Positions 22,379-31,417 of a DNA stretch of 64,000 bases are shown here, one piece after another (within the stretch, counting starts at the first letter, position 1; every line of letters starts with the position of its first letter). The position numbers were made by a program, and so were the translations under genes. Source of the DNA: Burkholderiales bacterium (GTDB lineage: Bacteria; Pseudomonadota; Gammaproteobacteria; Burkholderiales; SG8-39); the NCBI GenBank assembly GCA_035577785.1, contig DATLUZ010000222.1:139-64138 (forward strand), given 5' to 3'. The notes beneath the pieces are model-generated. The model made no database searches. It was given only the letters and a program-made list of their open reading frames with translations, and was not told the origin of the DNA.

Positions 22379-22836
22379 GCCTGCATTTCCTTCGCTGCCC
22401 GAAGCACCGCGCGGACCACGCGGTTGTGCGCGCCGCAGCGGCACAGGTTTCGATCCAGCGCTTCGCGCACCTCTTTTTCCGAGGGATTTTGATTGTTGGA
22501 AAGAAGCGCAGCGGCGGCGACGGCAATTCCGCTGATGCAGTAGCCGCACTGTGCGGCCTGCTCGGCGAGCAACGCCTTCTGCACCGGATGAAGCTCGCCG
22601 CCCTTCGCGAGCCCCTCGACGGTGGTGACCTTCTTGCCGGCTACCGACCAAAGCGGGGTATCGCACGAGGGCAGCGCCTTGCCTTCCACGATCACGAAGC
22701 ACGCGCCGCACTGCCCGGTGCCGCAGCCGAAGCGGCTGCCGACGAGGCCAAGGTCGTTGCGCAACACGTAAAGGAGCGGCGTATCCGGCCCTGCCGACAC
22801 GCTGCGCCGCTGCCCGTTGACTTCCAGTTCCGTCAT
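22375..22836 (-). CDS. (2Fe-2S)-binding small subunit of a Mo hydroxylase (IorA/CoxS-like)
   Basis: A 153-aa ORF with both cluster motifs: CGTGQCGAC and CGYCISG...CRCG. Its ATG at 22836 overlaps the TPP-gene stop (ATGA). Confidence 0.9.
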   Translation of the reverse strand: MTELEVNGQRRSVSAGPDTPLLYVLRNDLGLVGSRFGCGTGQCGACFVIVEGKALPSCDTPLWSVAGKKVTTVEGLAKGGELHPVQKALLAEQAAQCGYCISGIAVAAAALLSNNQNPSEKEVREALDRNLCRCGAHNRVVRAVLRAAKEMQA

Positions 22837-24473
22837 CCCAGCACCATGTGGACCAGCGCGAGCCGCTTTTGTGCCTGCTCCAGCCCGCGCTCGAGGGCCG
22901 CGGCCACCTCGCCAGGCGAGGTCACCTCCTCCCCGTAGCCGCCGTAAGCTTCGGCGAGCTTCGCATATTCCGGCCGCGGCGTGATGGCGGTGCCTGCGAA
23001 CCTGCCGGTCTGGATCGCCGAGCCCTGCGGGAAGTAGCTCGCGACGTCGGTCTTCTGCGAGAGATAGCCCGCGTTGTCGAACAGCACCACCGCGATCGGC
23101 AGTTCCAGCTCCTGGCTCGCGCCGAAGCAGGCGGGGACGGGGTTGTAGTGGAAGGCGCCGTCGCCGATGGTGACGATCACCGGCCGGCGCGGCTGCGCGT
23201 GCTTCACGCCGAGCGCGACCGACAGCCCCATCCCGAGGCCGCCGAAGCTCGCCTCGTAGAACCCGCCGGGCGCGAGCTTGGTGAGCCGCTGCACTAACTC
23301 CAAGCGGTGGGTAATCGTCTCGTCCACCACGACCGCATCGCTCGAGATGACTGCATTGAGCTGCTCGGCGATCCAGGCATTGTTCATACCCTCCGTTGCC
23401 TGCGGCAGGCTTGGGCGATGGGAAATCGGGCTCTGACCCCGATTTCTGCGGTCCGGAATACGTGCGACCAGTCCCTCGAGCGTGGTGCGCAGCTCGCCTG
23501 GGACCACCATGTCGGCGCGCACGCCCCAGTACGGCAGGTTCGAGCGAAGCGGATCCTCGCCGAGCGCGAAAACCTTCGTGCCCGGCTTGGGCAGCGCCGA
23601 AGGCGGGTGCCAAGGCATGACGCATTCGGCGAGCAGCACCGCATCGGCCTCGTCGACGAGGGACTTCATGTTGTCCACGGCGATGCCGGCGTAAAGCGGG
23701 TGGTCGCGCGGAAAGTTGACGTAATACGGCTGCCAGGCTTCGGCCACCGGCGCCCCGAGCCTTTCGGCGAGCGCGACCAGCGCGCCGACCGTCGCCGGAT
23801 CGCGTCCCGCTTCCTCGGTGACGATCAGCGGACGCTTCGCCTCGGACAACTGCCTGGCGAGCGTGTCGAGCGCCGAGGGATCGGCAGCGGCCAGCGCGGG
23901 CAGCGCCGCCGCCGGCGGCAGTCCATGCGCCTGCGTTTCCACCAGGCATTCGATCGGCACGGAGAGGAACGCCGGGCCGCGCGGCGAGCTCATCGCGAGC
24001 TGGCAGGCGCGCTGCACCGTCTGCGCGAGCAGCAGGCTGGAATTGAGGCCGAGGCTCCACTTGACGCTCGGCTCGGCGAGGCGCGCCGGCCCGCCGACGT
24101 CGGTGAGGAGGCGCAGCCATTGCCTTCCGGCCTTGAAGGAAGGCGATTCGGAGAAGGTCGCGGATTCGCCCGCCATCACGACCATCGGCACGCGCTCGTG
24201 TTTCGCGATGCGCAGCGCCATCGTGGCGTGCAGCGTGCCGACCGTGGTGTGCAGCACTACCGCGGGCAGCTTCCCGGTGGCCTTCGAATAGCCGCTCGCC
24301 ATCGCCACCGCGGTCTCCTCGTGGCGCACCGAGACGTACTGGGGGAACTCCCCGGGGGCGTGCGGCCGCGCGAGCGCCTCCCACAGCGCCGCCCAGTCCG
24401 AGCCGGGCGAGGCAAAGATGCGCTCCACGCCCATGGCGCCGAGCGCCCTGAGGATCGCCTCGGCGCCGATCAT
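22833..24473 (-). CDS. thiamine-pyrophosphate-binding enzyme (acetolactate synthase / benzoylformate decarboxylase superfamily)
   Basis: The N-terminal Pyr domain is MIGAEAILRALGAMGVERIFASPGSDW...HEETAVAMASGY. The C-terminal PP domain has GDGAFHYN. The ORF is 546 aa. Confidence 0.85.
   Translation of the reverse strand: MIGAEAILRALGAMGVERIFASPGSDWAALWEALARPHAPGEFPQYVSVRHEETAVAMASGYSKATGKLPAVVLHTTVGTLHATMALRIAKHERVPMVVMAGESATFSESPSFKAGRQWLRLLTDVGGPARLAEPSVKWSLGLNSSLLLAQTVQRACQLAMSSPRGPAFLSVPIECLVETQAHGLPPAAALPALAAADPSALDTLARQLSEAKRPLIVTEEAGRDPATVGALVALAERLGAPVAEAWQPYYVNFPRDHPLYAGIAVDNMKSLVDEADAVLLAECVMPWHPPSALPKPGTKVFALGEDPLRSNLPYWGVRADMVVPGELRTTLEGLVARIPDRRNRGQSPISHRPSLPQATEGMNNAWIAEQLNAVISSDAVVVDETITHRLELVQRLTKLAPGGFYEASFGGLGMGLSVALGVKHAQPRRPVIVTIGDGAFHYNPVPACFGASQELELPIAVVLFDNAGYLSQKTDVASYFPQGSAIQTGRFAGTAITPRPEYAKLAEAYGGYGEEVTSPGEVAAALERGLEQAQKRLALVHMVLG
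23422..23446. repeat. REP-like palindromic element, copy C (GAAATCGGGCTCTGACCCCGATTTC), inside the TPP-enzyme CDS
   Basis: It matches the intergenic copies at 38795-38818 and 38828-38846 (18/19 to copy B). The 9-bp arms are GAAATCGGG/CCCGATTTC. It is translated as RNRGQSPIS. Confidence 0.7.
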
Positions 24474-24480
24474 GGCGCGG

Positions 24481-25431
24481 TCATTTGATGCCGAGCTCGG
24501 GGATGAGCTTGGCGTAGCGGTCGTACTCGCTCTTCACGTAGGCGGCGAACTGGGCGGGCGTCATCGGATCGGCGAGCTCCACCGCCAGCGCAGTGAAGCG
24601 CTCGCGCACCTGCGGCTCCTGCATCAGGCGGATCACCTCGCGGTTCAGCCGCTCGATCGCCTCGCGCGGCGCGCCGGAGGTCGCGTAGAAGGCGAAGTGC
24701 GGGCCGCCGTCGACGCCGTGGATGCCGTTCTCCTCGAGAGTCGGCACATCCGGGAAATCGGGATGGCGCGTCGGGCCGGCGACCACGATCATGCGCAGCT
24801 TCCCGGCCTTCGCCTGGGCGAGGCCCACGCCCGGGTCGAAGGTCAGGTCGATGACCCCGCCCAGCAGGTCTTTCAGCGCGGGCCCCGCGCCTTTGTAGGG
24901 AATGTGGTTCATCTTCACCTTTGCCTCGCGGTCGAACACTTCGGTCGCGATGTGCGGCGAGGTGCCGTTGCCGGGCGACCCGTAGTTGAGCTTGCCTGGA
25001 TTCGCGCGTGCGTACGCGAGGAATTCCTTGAAGTTCGAGACTGGCACCTTCGGATGCGTGAGCACGTACAGCGACACCCGTCCCGTGGGGACGACGGGCG
25101 TGAGAATCTTCGTCGGGTCGAGATCCGCCCGGTTCACGATGTGAGGCGCGATCATCATCGCCGAGCCCGGCGAATAGAGCATGGTGTAGCCGTCGGGGTC
25201 GGCACGACCCACCGCTTCGAAGCCGATGTAGCCGTCGCCGCCGGCGCGGTTCTCGACCACGAATGGCTGCCCGAGGCTTTCCGTCAGGCGCGCGCCAAGC
25301 ACGCGTGCCGTCACGTCGGCGACGCCGCCCGGCGCGACGTTGACGATCACCCGCACCGGCCTGGTCGGCCACGATTGACCCCATACAGAAGTGGCAAAGA
25401 TCAGCCCCAGGAGGGCGAAAAAGCTGTTCAT
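24481..25431 (-). CDS. Bug family (TctC-like) substrate-binding protein
   Basis: MNSFFALLGLIFATSVWGQSWPTRPVRVIVNVAPGGVADVTAR... is the Bug signature. The upstream part of the long ORF is junk. Confidence 0.9.
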   Translation of the reverse strand: MNSFFALLGLIFATSVWGQSWPTRPVRVIVNVAPGGVADVTARVLGARLTESLGQPFVVENRAGGDGYIGFEAVGRADPDGYTMLYSPGSAMMIAPHIVNRADLDPTKILTPVVPTGRVSLYVLTHPKVPVSNFKEFLAYARANPGKLNYGSPGNGTSPHIATEVFDREAKVKMNHIPYKGAGPALKDLLGGVIDLTFDPGVGLAQAKAGKLRMIVVAGPTRHPDFPDVPTLEENGIHGVDGGPHFAFYATSGAPREAIERLNREVIRLMQEPQVRERFTALAVELADPMTPAQFAAYVKSEYDRYAKLIPELGIK

Positions 25432-25439
25432 GGAAATCC

Positions 25440-26393
25440 CTACTCCACCTTGATGTTCGCGTCCTTGATGACCTTGCCCCACTTCTGGATCTCGGAGCGT
25501 ACGTAGGCGGCGAACTCCTCCGGCCGCTCGCCGCCGGTCTGCGAGCCCATCGTCACGGCGTCGTCCTGCATCGCCTTCGTGCGCAGCACGCGCGCGATGT
25601 CCTGCTGCAGACGCTCGACGATCGGGCGCGGCGTGCCGGCCGGCACGAAGATGCCATTCCAGCCGATGCCCTCGATCGCCGGGAAGCCGGCCTCGGCCAT
25701 GGTCGGGATCTCGGGGATGATGCTCACGCGCTCGGGTCCGGCCACGGCGAGGCCGCGCAGCTTGCCCGAGCGGATGTGGTCGCGGATCACCACCGAGGCG
25801 AGGAACGCGGTCGCGACGTGGCCGCCGGTAAGGTCGGGCAGCTCCGCGCCGATCGCCTTGTACGGCACCTCGCGGACCTGGATGGCGGTGGTCGACTTCA
25901 GAAGCTCGCCGACCATCTGCGTGATGGCGCCGGTCCCGCCGGACGCGTAGGTGAGCTGGTTTGGCCGGGACCTCGCGAGCGCCACGTATTCCTTGACCGA
26001 ATTCGCCGGCACCGAGGGATGCACCACCATCACGAGCGGCGTGGAGATGAGCCGCGTCACGGGGACCAGCTTCTCGTTGAGGGTGCAGCACGGATCGGGC
26101 GTGACGAGATCGTTGAGGGCGTTGTTGATCACGCCCTGGAACAGGGTGTAGCCGTCGGGTGCCGAGCGTGCGGCCTCGCGCGCGCCGATCATGCTGTTCG
26201 CACCCGGACGGTTCTCGACGATCACTGGCTGGCTGAGCGCCTCGGAGAGCTTGGGCGCGATGCGCCGGGCGAAGACGTCGACCGCGCTGCCGGCACCCGT
26301 CGGCACGATCCAGCGGACCGGCTTCACGGGATAAGGTTGCGCCATCACGGAGCCAGCGAGCAGCAGTCCCGCCAGTACGAAGGAAAGTCGCAT
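25440..26393 (-). CDS. Bug family (TctC-like) substrate-binding protein
   Basis: MRLSFVLAGLLLAGSVMAQPYPVKPVRWIVPTGAGSAVDVFAR... is the Bug signature. Confidence 0.9.
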   Translation of the reverse strand: MRLSFVLAGLLLAGSVMAQPYPVKPVRWIVPTGAGSAVDVFARRIAPKLSEALSQPVIVENRPGANSMIGAREAARSAPDGYTLFQGVINNALNDLVTPDPCCTLNEKLVPVTRLISTPLVMVVHPSVPANSVKEYVALARSRPNQLTYASGGTGAITQMVGELLKSTTAIQVREVPYKAIGAELPDLTGGHVATAFLASVVIRDHIRSGKLRGLAVAGPERVSIIPEIPTMAEAGFPAIEGIGWNGIFVPAGTPRPIVERLQQDIARVLRTKAMQDDAVTMGSQTGGERPEEFAAYVRSEIQKWGKVIKDANIKVE

Positions 26394-26401
26394 CTTGCTT
26401 G

Positions 26402-27199
26402 CTAGATCAGCCGCTTGAGGAAGTCGCCGACTTCCTTGTTGAAGCCCGCGGGATTCTGGATGTTCGCGATATGCGCGGCCTTTGGCACCGAGTGGTGCTG
26501 CGCGCGCGGCACTTTCTTCGCGAGCTCCGCCATGAGCGCTGGCGGGCCGCCCATCTTGTCTTCCGCGCCGGAGAGGTAGAGGGTCGGCGCCTTGATCTGC
26601 GCGAGCTTGTCCTCGAGGTTCAGGCCGAGGAAAGCCGCGGTGACGCCGAGGTAGCCGAGCGTGGTGGTGGCGCGGATCATGTTGCGCACGTCCTGCAGCA
26701 CCTTGGGGTTCGCCGCCTTGAATTCGTCGGAGAACCAGCGCTGCACGGTCGGCTCGACGATGACTTCGACGCCTTCGTTCGCCACTGCTTCGCGAAGCTT
26801 CTGCCACATCTCGGCGAACTCCGGCACCATCTTCGCGCGGCAGCAGCACGGCAGGAGCGCGTGGACCCGCTGCGGCTGCTCGATGGCAAAGGCCTGGACG
26901 ATGGCGCCGCCCAGCCCCAGGCCGACGAGATGGGTCTTCTGGATATTGAGCTCGTTCAGCAGCCCGGCGAGATCGCGGACCAGCAGTTCCATGCTGTAGT
27001 CGCCCTCGGTGGCGAGGGAGTCGCCATGGCCGCGCAGGTCGTAGCGCAGCGTGCGGTAGTCCTTGCCCAGCGCCTCGACCTGGGCGTCCCACATCGTGAG
27101 GTCGTTGGCGATGCCGGTGACGAAGGTGATGTAAGGTGCGCCCTCTTTCCCGTCGAAGCGGTATTCGATCTTGATGCCGTTGGTGTCGACCTGCGGCAT
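26402..27199 (-). CDS. alpha/beta-fold hydrolase, 3-oxoadipate enol-lactonase (PcaD)-like, with the nucleophile Ser replaced by Gly
   Basis: A 265-aa ORF with the PcaD-like pattern (YRTLRYDLRGHGDS; C-terminal AAHIANIQNPAGF). The nucleophile elbow reads GLGLGG rather than GLSMGG. Confidence 0.8.
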   Translation of the reverse strand: MPQVDTNGIKIEYRFDGKEGAPYITFVTGIANDLTMWDAQVEALGKDYRTLRYDLRGHGDSLATEGDYSMELLVRDLAGLLNELNIQKTHLVGLGLGGAIVQAFAIEQPQRVHALLPCCCRAKMVPEFAEMWQKLREAVANEGVEVIVEPTVQRWFSDEFKAANPKVLQDVRNMIRATTTLGYLGVTAAFLGLNLEDKLAQIKAPTLYLSGAEDKMGGPPALMAELAKKVPRAQHHSVPKAAHIANIQNPAGFNKEVGDFLKRLI

Positions 27200-27217
27200 G
27201 CGGGCCTCTCTTTCGCG

Positions 27218-28189
27218 CTATTCCGGCGTGACTCCAGCGAGGCGCACCTGCTCGGCGTAGGCGCGCAGCTCGGCGCTGACGAATTTCTTGAACTCGGCGG
27301 GCGTATCGGCCACCGGCTCCACCCCGAGGCTGGCGAGCTTCTCGCGCACGCCCGGGTTCTGCATCGCGGTGCGCACTTCCCGGTACAGCTTGTCGACGAT
27401 GTCCATGGGCGTATTGGCGGGCGCGAACATCGCGAACCAGCCGCCGTCGTGCCGGTACTGCGGCAGCCCGGCCTCGGCGGTGGTGGGCACCTCGGGCGCC
27501 GACGGGTGCCGGTGAGCGCCGGTGTAGGCGAGCACGCGCACGCGGCCGCTCTTGTAGTGCGGGATGATCGGCGCAGGCGAAGAGAGCATCGCCTGCACTT
27601 CGCCGGCCGCGAGCGCCGCGGTTGCGGGGCCGCCGCCCTTGTACGGGATATGCGTGAGGTGCGTGCCGGTCTGGCTCTTGAACACTTCCATCGCGAGGTG
27701 CCAGGTGTTGCCCACGCCGGGCGTGCTGTAGGCGAGCTTGGCATCGGGCTTGCGCGCGTACGCGATGAATTCCTGCAACGTCTTCGCGGGCACCGAAGGA
27801 TGCACCGCGAGGAAGAGCCCACCGTTGCTCACGAGATTCGTAACGGGAGTGAAGTCCTTTTCCGTGTCGTAGGGCAGGCTCTTGTGCACGAACGGGTTGA
27901 TCACGAACCCCGAGGAATACACCATGAGCGTGTAGCCGTCGGGCGGAGCCTTGGCGACGATGTCGGCGCCGACAATGCCGTTCGCCCCCGGGCGGTTCTC
28001 GATCACGAAGGGCTGCCCGAGCTGCGCCTGGAGCTGCGCGGCCACCACGCGCGCGACGATGTCGGGTCCGCCGGTCGCCGCCGGCACCACCACCCGCACC
28101 GGACGGGTCGGATAGTTCTGCGCCCATGCGAAGCTCTGAATGGACAGAAGCGCGGACACGAACGTGGCGGCCAGGAGCTTTCTCACCAT
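27218..28189 (-). CDS. Bug family (TctC-like) substrate-binding protein
   Basis: MVRKLLAATFVSALLSIQSFAWAQNYPTRPVRVVVPAATGGPDIVAR... is the Bug signature. Confidence 0.9.
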   Translation of the reverse strand: MVRKLLAATFVSALLSIQSFAWAQNYPTRPVRVVVPAATGGPDIVARVVAAQLQAQLGQPFVIENRPGANGIVGADIVAKAPPDGYTLMVYSSGFVINPFVHKSLPYDTEKDFTPVTNLVSNGGLFLAVHPSVPAKTLQEFIAYARKPDAKLAYSTPGVGNTWHLAMEVFKSQTGTHLTHIPYKGGGPATAALAAGEVQAMLSSPAPIIPHYKSGRVRVLAYTGAHRHPSAPEVPTTAEAGLPQYRHDGGWFAMFAPANTPMDIVDKLYREVRTAMQNPGVREKLASLGVEPVADTPAEFKKFVSAELRAYAEQVRLAGVTPE

Positions 28190-28202
28190 GCTGCTTTCCT
28201 CC

Positions 28203-28988
28203 TCAGGAAATCATCGCAGAGATCGTAGGCCAGGGATCGGGCTGCTCGTGCAGCTTCTTGAACGGCGCATGGTCCTCGGGCGTCATCCGGTCGAGGACCT
28301 CCTTCTTCACCGAAGGCCGGGCCAGGACACGTTTGTACCATGCCGCGACGCCGGGATGGGCGTTCCAGAGCGGCGCGAGGCGCAGGAGCTCGAGGCGCAA
28401 TACGTACGGTAGGGCCGCGATGTCGGCCAGCGAGAAGTCCGGTCCCGCGAGCCAGCCGCCGCCGCTCGAGTCGATCAGCTTGAGGAGCTTCTCGTGGTGC
28501 TCGAGCGCTTCGCGCGCGAACTTCGATTCCAGGCCGTGCAGGACCACGTCGCGCTTGTATTCGGTGCGCTTCTTGAGCGGCGACTTGGCGAGCCTCTGGT
28601 CGATCTCCTCGCCGGTCAGCCCAGCGAACCAGGGCCTGAAGGCGGTGGCAAACGTCAGGATGGTGCAAGAGTTATGCACGTACTCGTCGATCAGCTTGTT
28701 CACCATGCGCACCTGCGCTCGCGCCAGCGGATCGCGCGGCATGAGCGCCGGATCCGGAAACGCCTCGTCCAGGTAGTACAGGATCACAGAGGACTCGATC
28801 ACTACGCGGCCGTCATGGACCAGCGTCGGCACCACGCCGTTTGGATTGAGCCTCATGTACGCGGGGTCGAACTGATCGCCGCGCAACGTCATCAGGCGGC
28901 TCTTATATTCGAGACCCTTTTCCGCGAGCGCTACGCGCACCTTCTGCGCGCAGACTGAGTTCACGCTGTGGTAGAGCTCCAGGCTCAT
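28203..28988 (-). CDS. glutathione S-transferase family protein
   Basis: The N-terminal thioredoxin-like GST domain is MSLELYHSVNSVCAQKVRVALAEKGLEY...NPNGVVPTLVHDGRVVIESSVILYYL. The ATG at 28988 overlaps the upstream stop (ATGA). Confidence 0.85.
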   Translation of the reverse strand: MSLELYHSVNSVCAQKVRVALAEKGLEYKSRLMTLRGDQFDPAYMRLNPNGVVPTLVHDGRVVIESSVILYYLDEAFPDPALMPRDPLARAQVRMVNKLIDEYVHNSCTILTFATAFRPWFAGLTGEEIDQRLAKSPLKKRTEYKRDVVLHGLESKFAREALEHHEKLLKLIDSSGGGWLAGPDFSLADIAALPYVLRLELLRLAPLWNAHPGVAAWYKRVLARPSVKKEVLDRMTPEDHAPFKKLHEQPDPWPTISAMIS

Positions 28989-31339
28989 TTCGCCGCTTGA
29001 ATTGCCTGCCACACGCGATGCGGCGTCGCCGGCATATCGAGGTGCTGCACTCCGAGCGGCCTCAGCGCGTCGAGGACCGCATTCATCACCGCCGGCGGCG
29101 CGCCCACGCAGCCCGCCTCGCCCACGCCCTTCACGCCGATCGGGTTGGTCTTCGCCGGCACGTCGATGAAATCGAGCTGGTAGTGCGGCGGCAGGTCGGA
29201 GGCGCGCGGCATCGCGTAGTCCATGAAGCTTGCCGAGAGAAGCTGGCCCGACTCGCGGTCGAAGGCGACATTCTCCATGAGCGCCTGGCCGATGCCCTGG
29301 GCGAGCGCGCCCTCGATCTGGCCGTGGCAGATCATCGGGTTGATGACGCGTCCGACGTCGTCCACCACCGCATAACGGTCCACTAAGATCTCGCCCGTTT
29401 CGGGGTCGATCTCGAGCTCGCAGGCATGGCAGCCGTTCGGAAAGGTCGGCGGCACCGCCGACGAGCCGCTCGCGTCGAGCCCGGTGCCGAATTTCGTCGT
29501 CGGGCCCGCCGGCCGGAAGAACGCCTTCGCCACATCGCTCATGGGCAGAGCGCGATCGGTGCCCACGACCGTGAACTTGCCGGCCTGGAACTCGATGTCC
29601 TTCGAGGACGCTTCGAGAAGATGCGCGGCCATCAGCTTGCCCTTCTCGACGATCGCGTCGGCGGCGCCTCTCAGCGCCGAGCTGCCGAGCATGGCGCTGC
29701 GCGACGCGTAGGTGCCGCGGCCGAACGATACGGCGTCGGTATCGCCCTGGACCAGGCGGATGTTCTCGAACGGCACCCCCAGCCAGTCCGAAACGAGCTG
29801 CGCGTAGGTCGTGGCATGGCCCTGGCCGTGCGAATGGGTGCCGGCGACGATGGTCACCATGCCGCTCGGATCGAAGCGCAGCTCCATGCGCTCGTTGAAG
29901 ACGCCGGAATCCTCGAGATAATAGATGAGCGCCCTGCCCCGCAACTTGCCTTTCGATTCGGAAAGCCGCTTCCGAGCGGCATAGCCGTTCCAGTCCGAAA
30001 TCTCGATGCAACGGTCGGTGAGCCGGGCGAAATCGCCGGAGTCGTAGGTCCAGCCGGCCGCCGCGCCGACGGTCCAGCCGGCGGTGGTGTTGTACGGCAT
30101 GGCGCTCGGCGCGATGAAGTTGCGCCGGCGCAGCTCCACCGGATCGAGGTCGAGCTTGCGCGCGGCTTCGTCCATCAGCCGCTCCATGACGTAGGAGGCT
30201 TCCGGCCGGCCGGCGCCGCGGTACGGACCGAGCGGCGTGGTGTGCGTGAAGGTCGCCTTGCTCGCGACGAGCATGGCGGGCACGACATAGACGTTCGGGA
30301 TGTTGCGCAGGGAGCAGAGGACCGGCACCACGCCCGCGTTGGTGACGTACGCGCCCACCGCGTGCAGCGCCTGGGCCCGCACCGCGAGAATCCTGCCATT
30401 CTCGTCGAGCGCCATCTCCGCCGTGATGAGCTGGTCGCGGCCGTGGTTGTCGCCGAGCAGCGATTCGGTGCGCGTGGCGACCCATTTCACCGGACGGCCG
30501 AGCCTGCGCGAGGCGCAAAGCACCAGGCCGTCCTCCGGATAGGTGTCGCCCTTCATGCCGAAGCCGCCGCCGACATCGGGCGAGATCACCCGCAGCCGGG
30601 TTTCGGGAATCTTGAATACGGCACCGGCAAGGATCGAGCGCGCGCCGTGCGGGTTTTGCGAGCTCGTGTACAGGGTAAAAGATTCGTTTGAAAAATCACC
30701 CACTGCCGCGCGAGGCTCCATGGCATTCGCGCTGATGCGGTTGTTGTATAGGCGCACCGATGCCGTGTGTTTCGCCTTGGCGAAGGCCGCTTCGGTCGCC
30801 TCCTTGTTCCCCATCATGAGCGGGAACGCGAGGTTCCCGGCCGCGTTGTCGTCCCAGACCTGGGGCGCGCCTTCGCGTGCGGCGTCCTCGACGCTCACCG
30901 CCGCGGGCAAGGGCTCGTAGTCGACCTCTACGCGCTCGGCGGCGATGCGCGCCTCTTCCGGCGTGCGCGCGACCACGAACGCCACGCGATCGCCGACGTA
31001 GCGCACCTTCGCCGGCTCGAGCAGCGGCCTGAAAGTCCGATAGCCTTTCGGGCCGCCCATGTCCTCGGGCATGAAGAGAGGCGGGATGCCGCCCAGGCCT
31101 TCCGCCTTGAGATCCTGCCCGGTCACGACGAGCGCCACGCCGGGCGACTCGAGCGCGGCGCGTGTGTCGATGGCGCGGATGCGCGCGTGCGCGTGCGGCG
31201 ACATGACGACCGCGCCGTGCAGCATGTGCGGCAGCTGCAGGTCGTCGACGTAGCGCGAGCGGCCGGTGAGGAAGCGCTGGTCCTCGACGCGGCGCACGGG
31301 CTGGCCAATTCCATAACGGTTCATCGAGGTGGATTCCAT
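28985..31339 (-). CDS. xanthine dehydrogenase family molybdopterin-binding large subunit (CoxL-like), with no adjacent FAD or FeS subunits
   Basis: IGQPVRRVEDQRFLTGRSRYVDD..., an active-site-loop-like PYRGAGRPE, and a 784-aa length are typical of CoxL/CutL homologs. The start is ATG 31339 or 31324. Confidence 0.85.
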   Translation of the reverse strand: MESTSMNRYGIGQPVRRVEDQRFLTGRSRYVDDLQLPHMLHGAVVMSPHAHARIRAIDTRAALESPGVALVVTGQDLKAEGLGGIPPLFMPEDMGGPKGYRTFRPLLEPAKVRYVGDRVAFVVARTPEEARIAAERVEVDYEPLPAAVSVEDAAREGAPQVWDDNAAGNLAFPLMMGNKEATEAAFAKAKHTASVRLYNNRISANAMEPRAAVGDFSNESFTLYTSSQNPHGARSILAGAVFKIPETRLRVISPDVGGGFGMKGDTYPEDGLVLCASRRLGRPVKWVATRTESLLGDNHGRDQLITAEMALDENGRILAVRAQALHAVGAYVTNAGVVPVLCSLRNIPNVYVVPAMLVASKATFTHTTPLGPYRGAGRPEASYVMERLMDEAARKLDLDPVELRRRNFIAPSAMPYNTTAGWTVGAAAGWTYDSGDFARLTDRCIEISDWNGYAARKRLSESKGKLRGRALIYYLEDSGVFNERMELRFDPSGMVTIVAGTHSHGQGHATTYAQLVSDWLGVPFENIRLVQGDTDAVSFGRGTYASRSAMLGSSALRGAADAIVEKGKLMAAHLLEASSKDIEFQAGKFTVVGTDRALPMSDVAKAFFRPAGPTTKFGTGLDASGSSAVPPTFPNGCHACELEIDPETGEILVDRYAVVDDVGRVINPMICHGQIEGALAQGIGQALMENVAFDRESGQLLSASFMDYAMPRASDLPPHYQLDFIDVPAKTNPIGVKGVGEAGCVGAPPAVMNAVLDALRPLGVQHLDMPATPHRVWQAIQAAK

Positions 31340-31417
31340 CTGCTACGATTTCAAGGTGAACATGTTCGTCCGATCTTAAGCAACCTTATGTCCGTCCGAT
31401 CTTAAGCAGGCTTTACC

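Noticed and set aside
22379-22711. N-terminal extension of the IorB-type ORF (782-aa version), and analogous long extensions of the Bug, GST, CocE, CoxL, MetE-like and phhB ORFs in the track.
   Set aside because: The extensions overlap the upstream genes in another frame and read as junk. Recognisable N-termini with RBS or 4-nt start/stop overlaps lie downstream, so I used the shorter coordinates.
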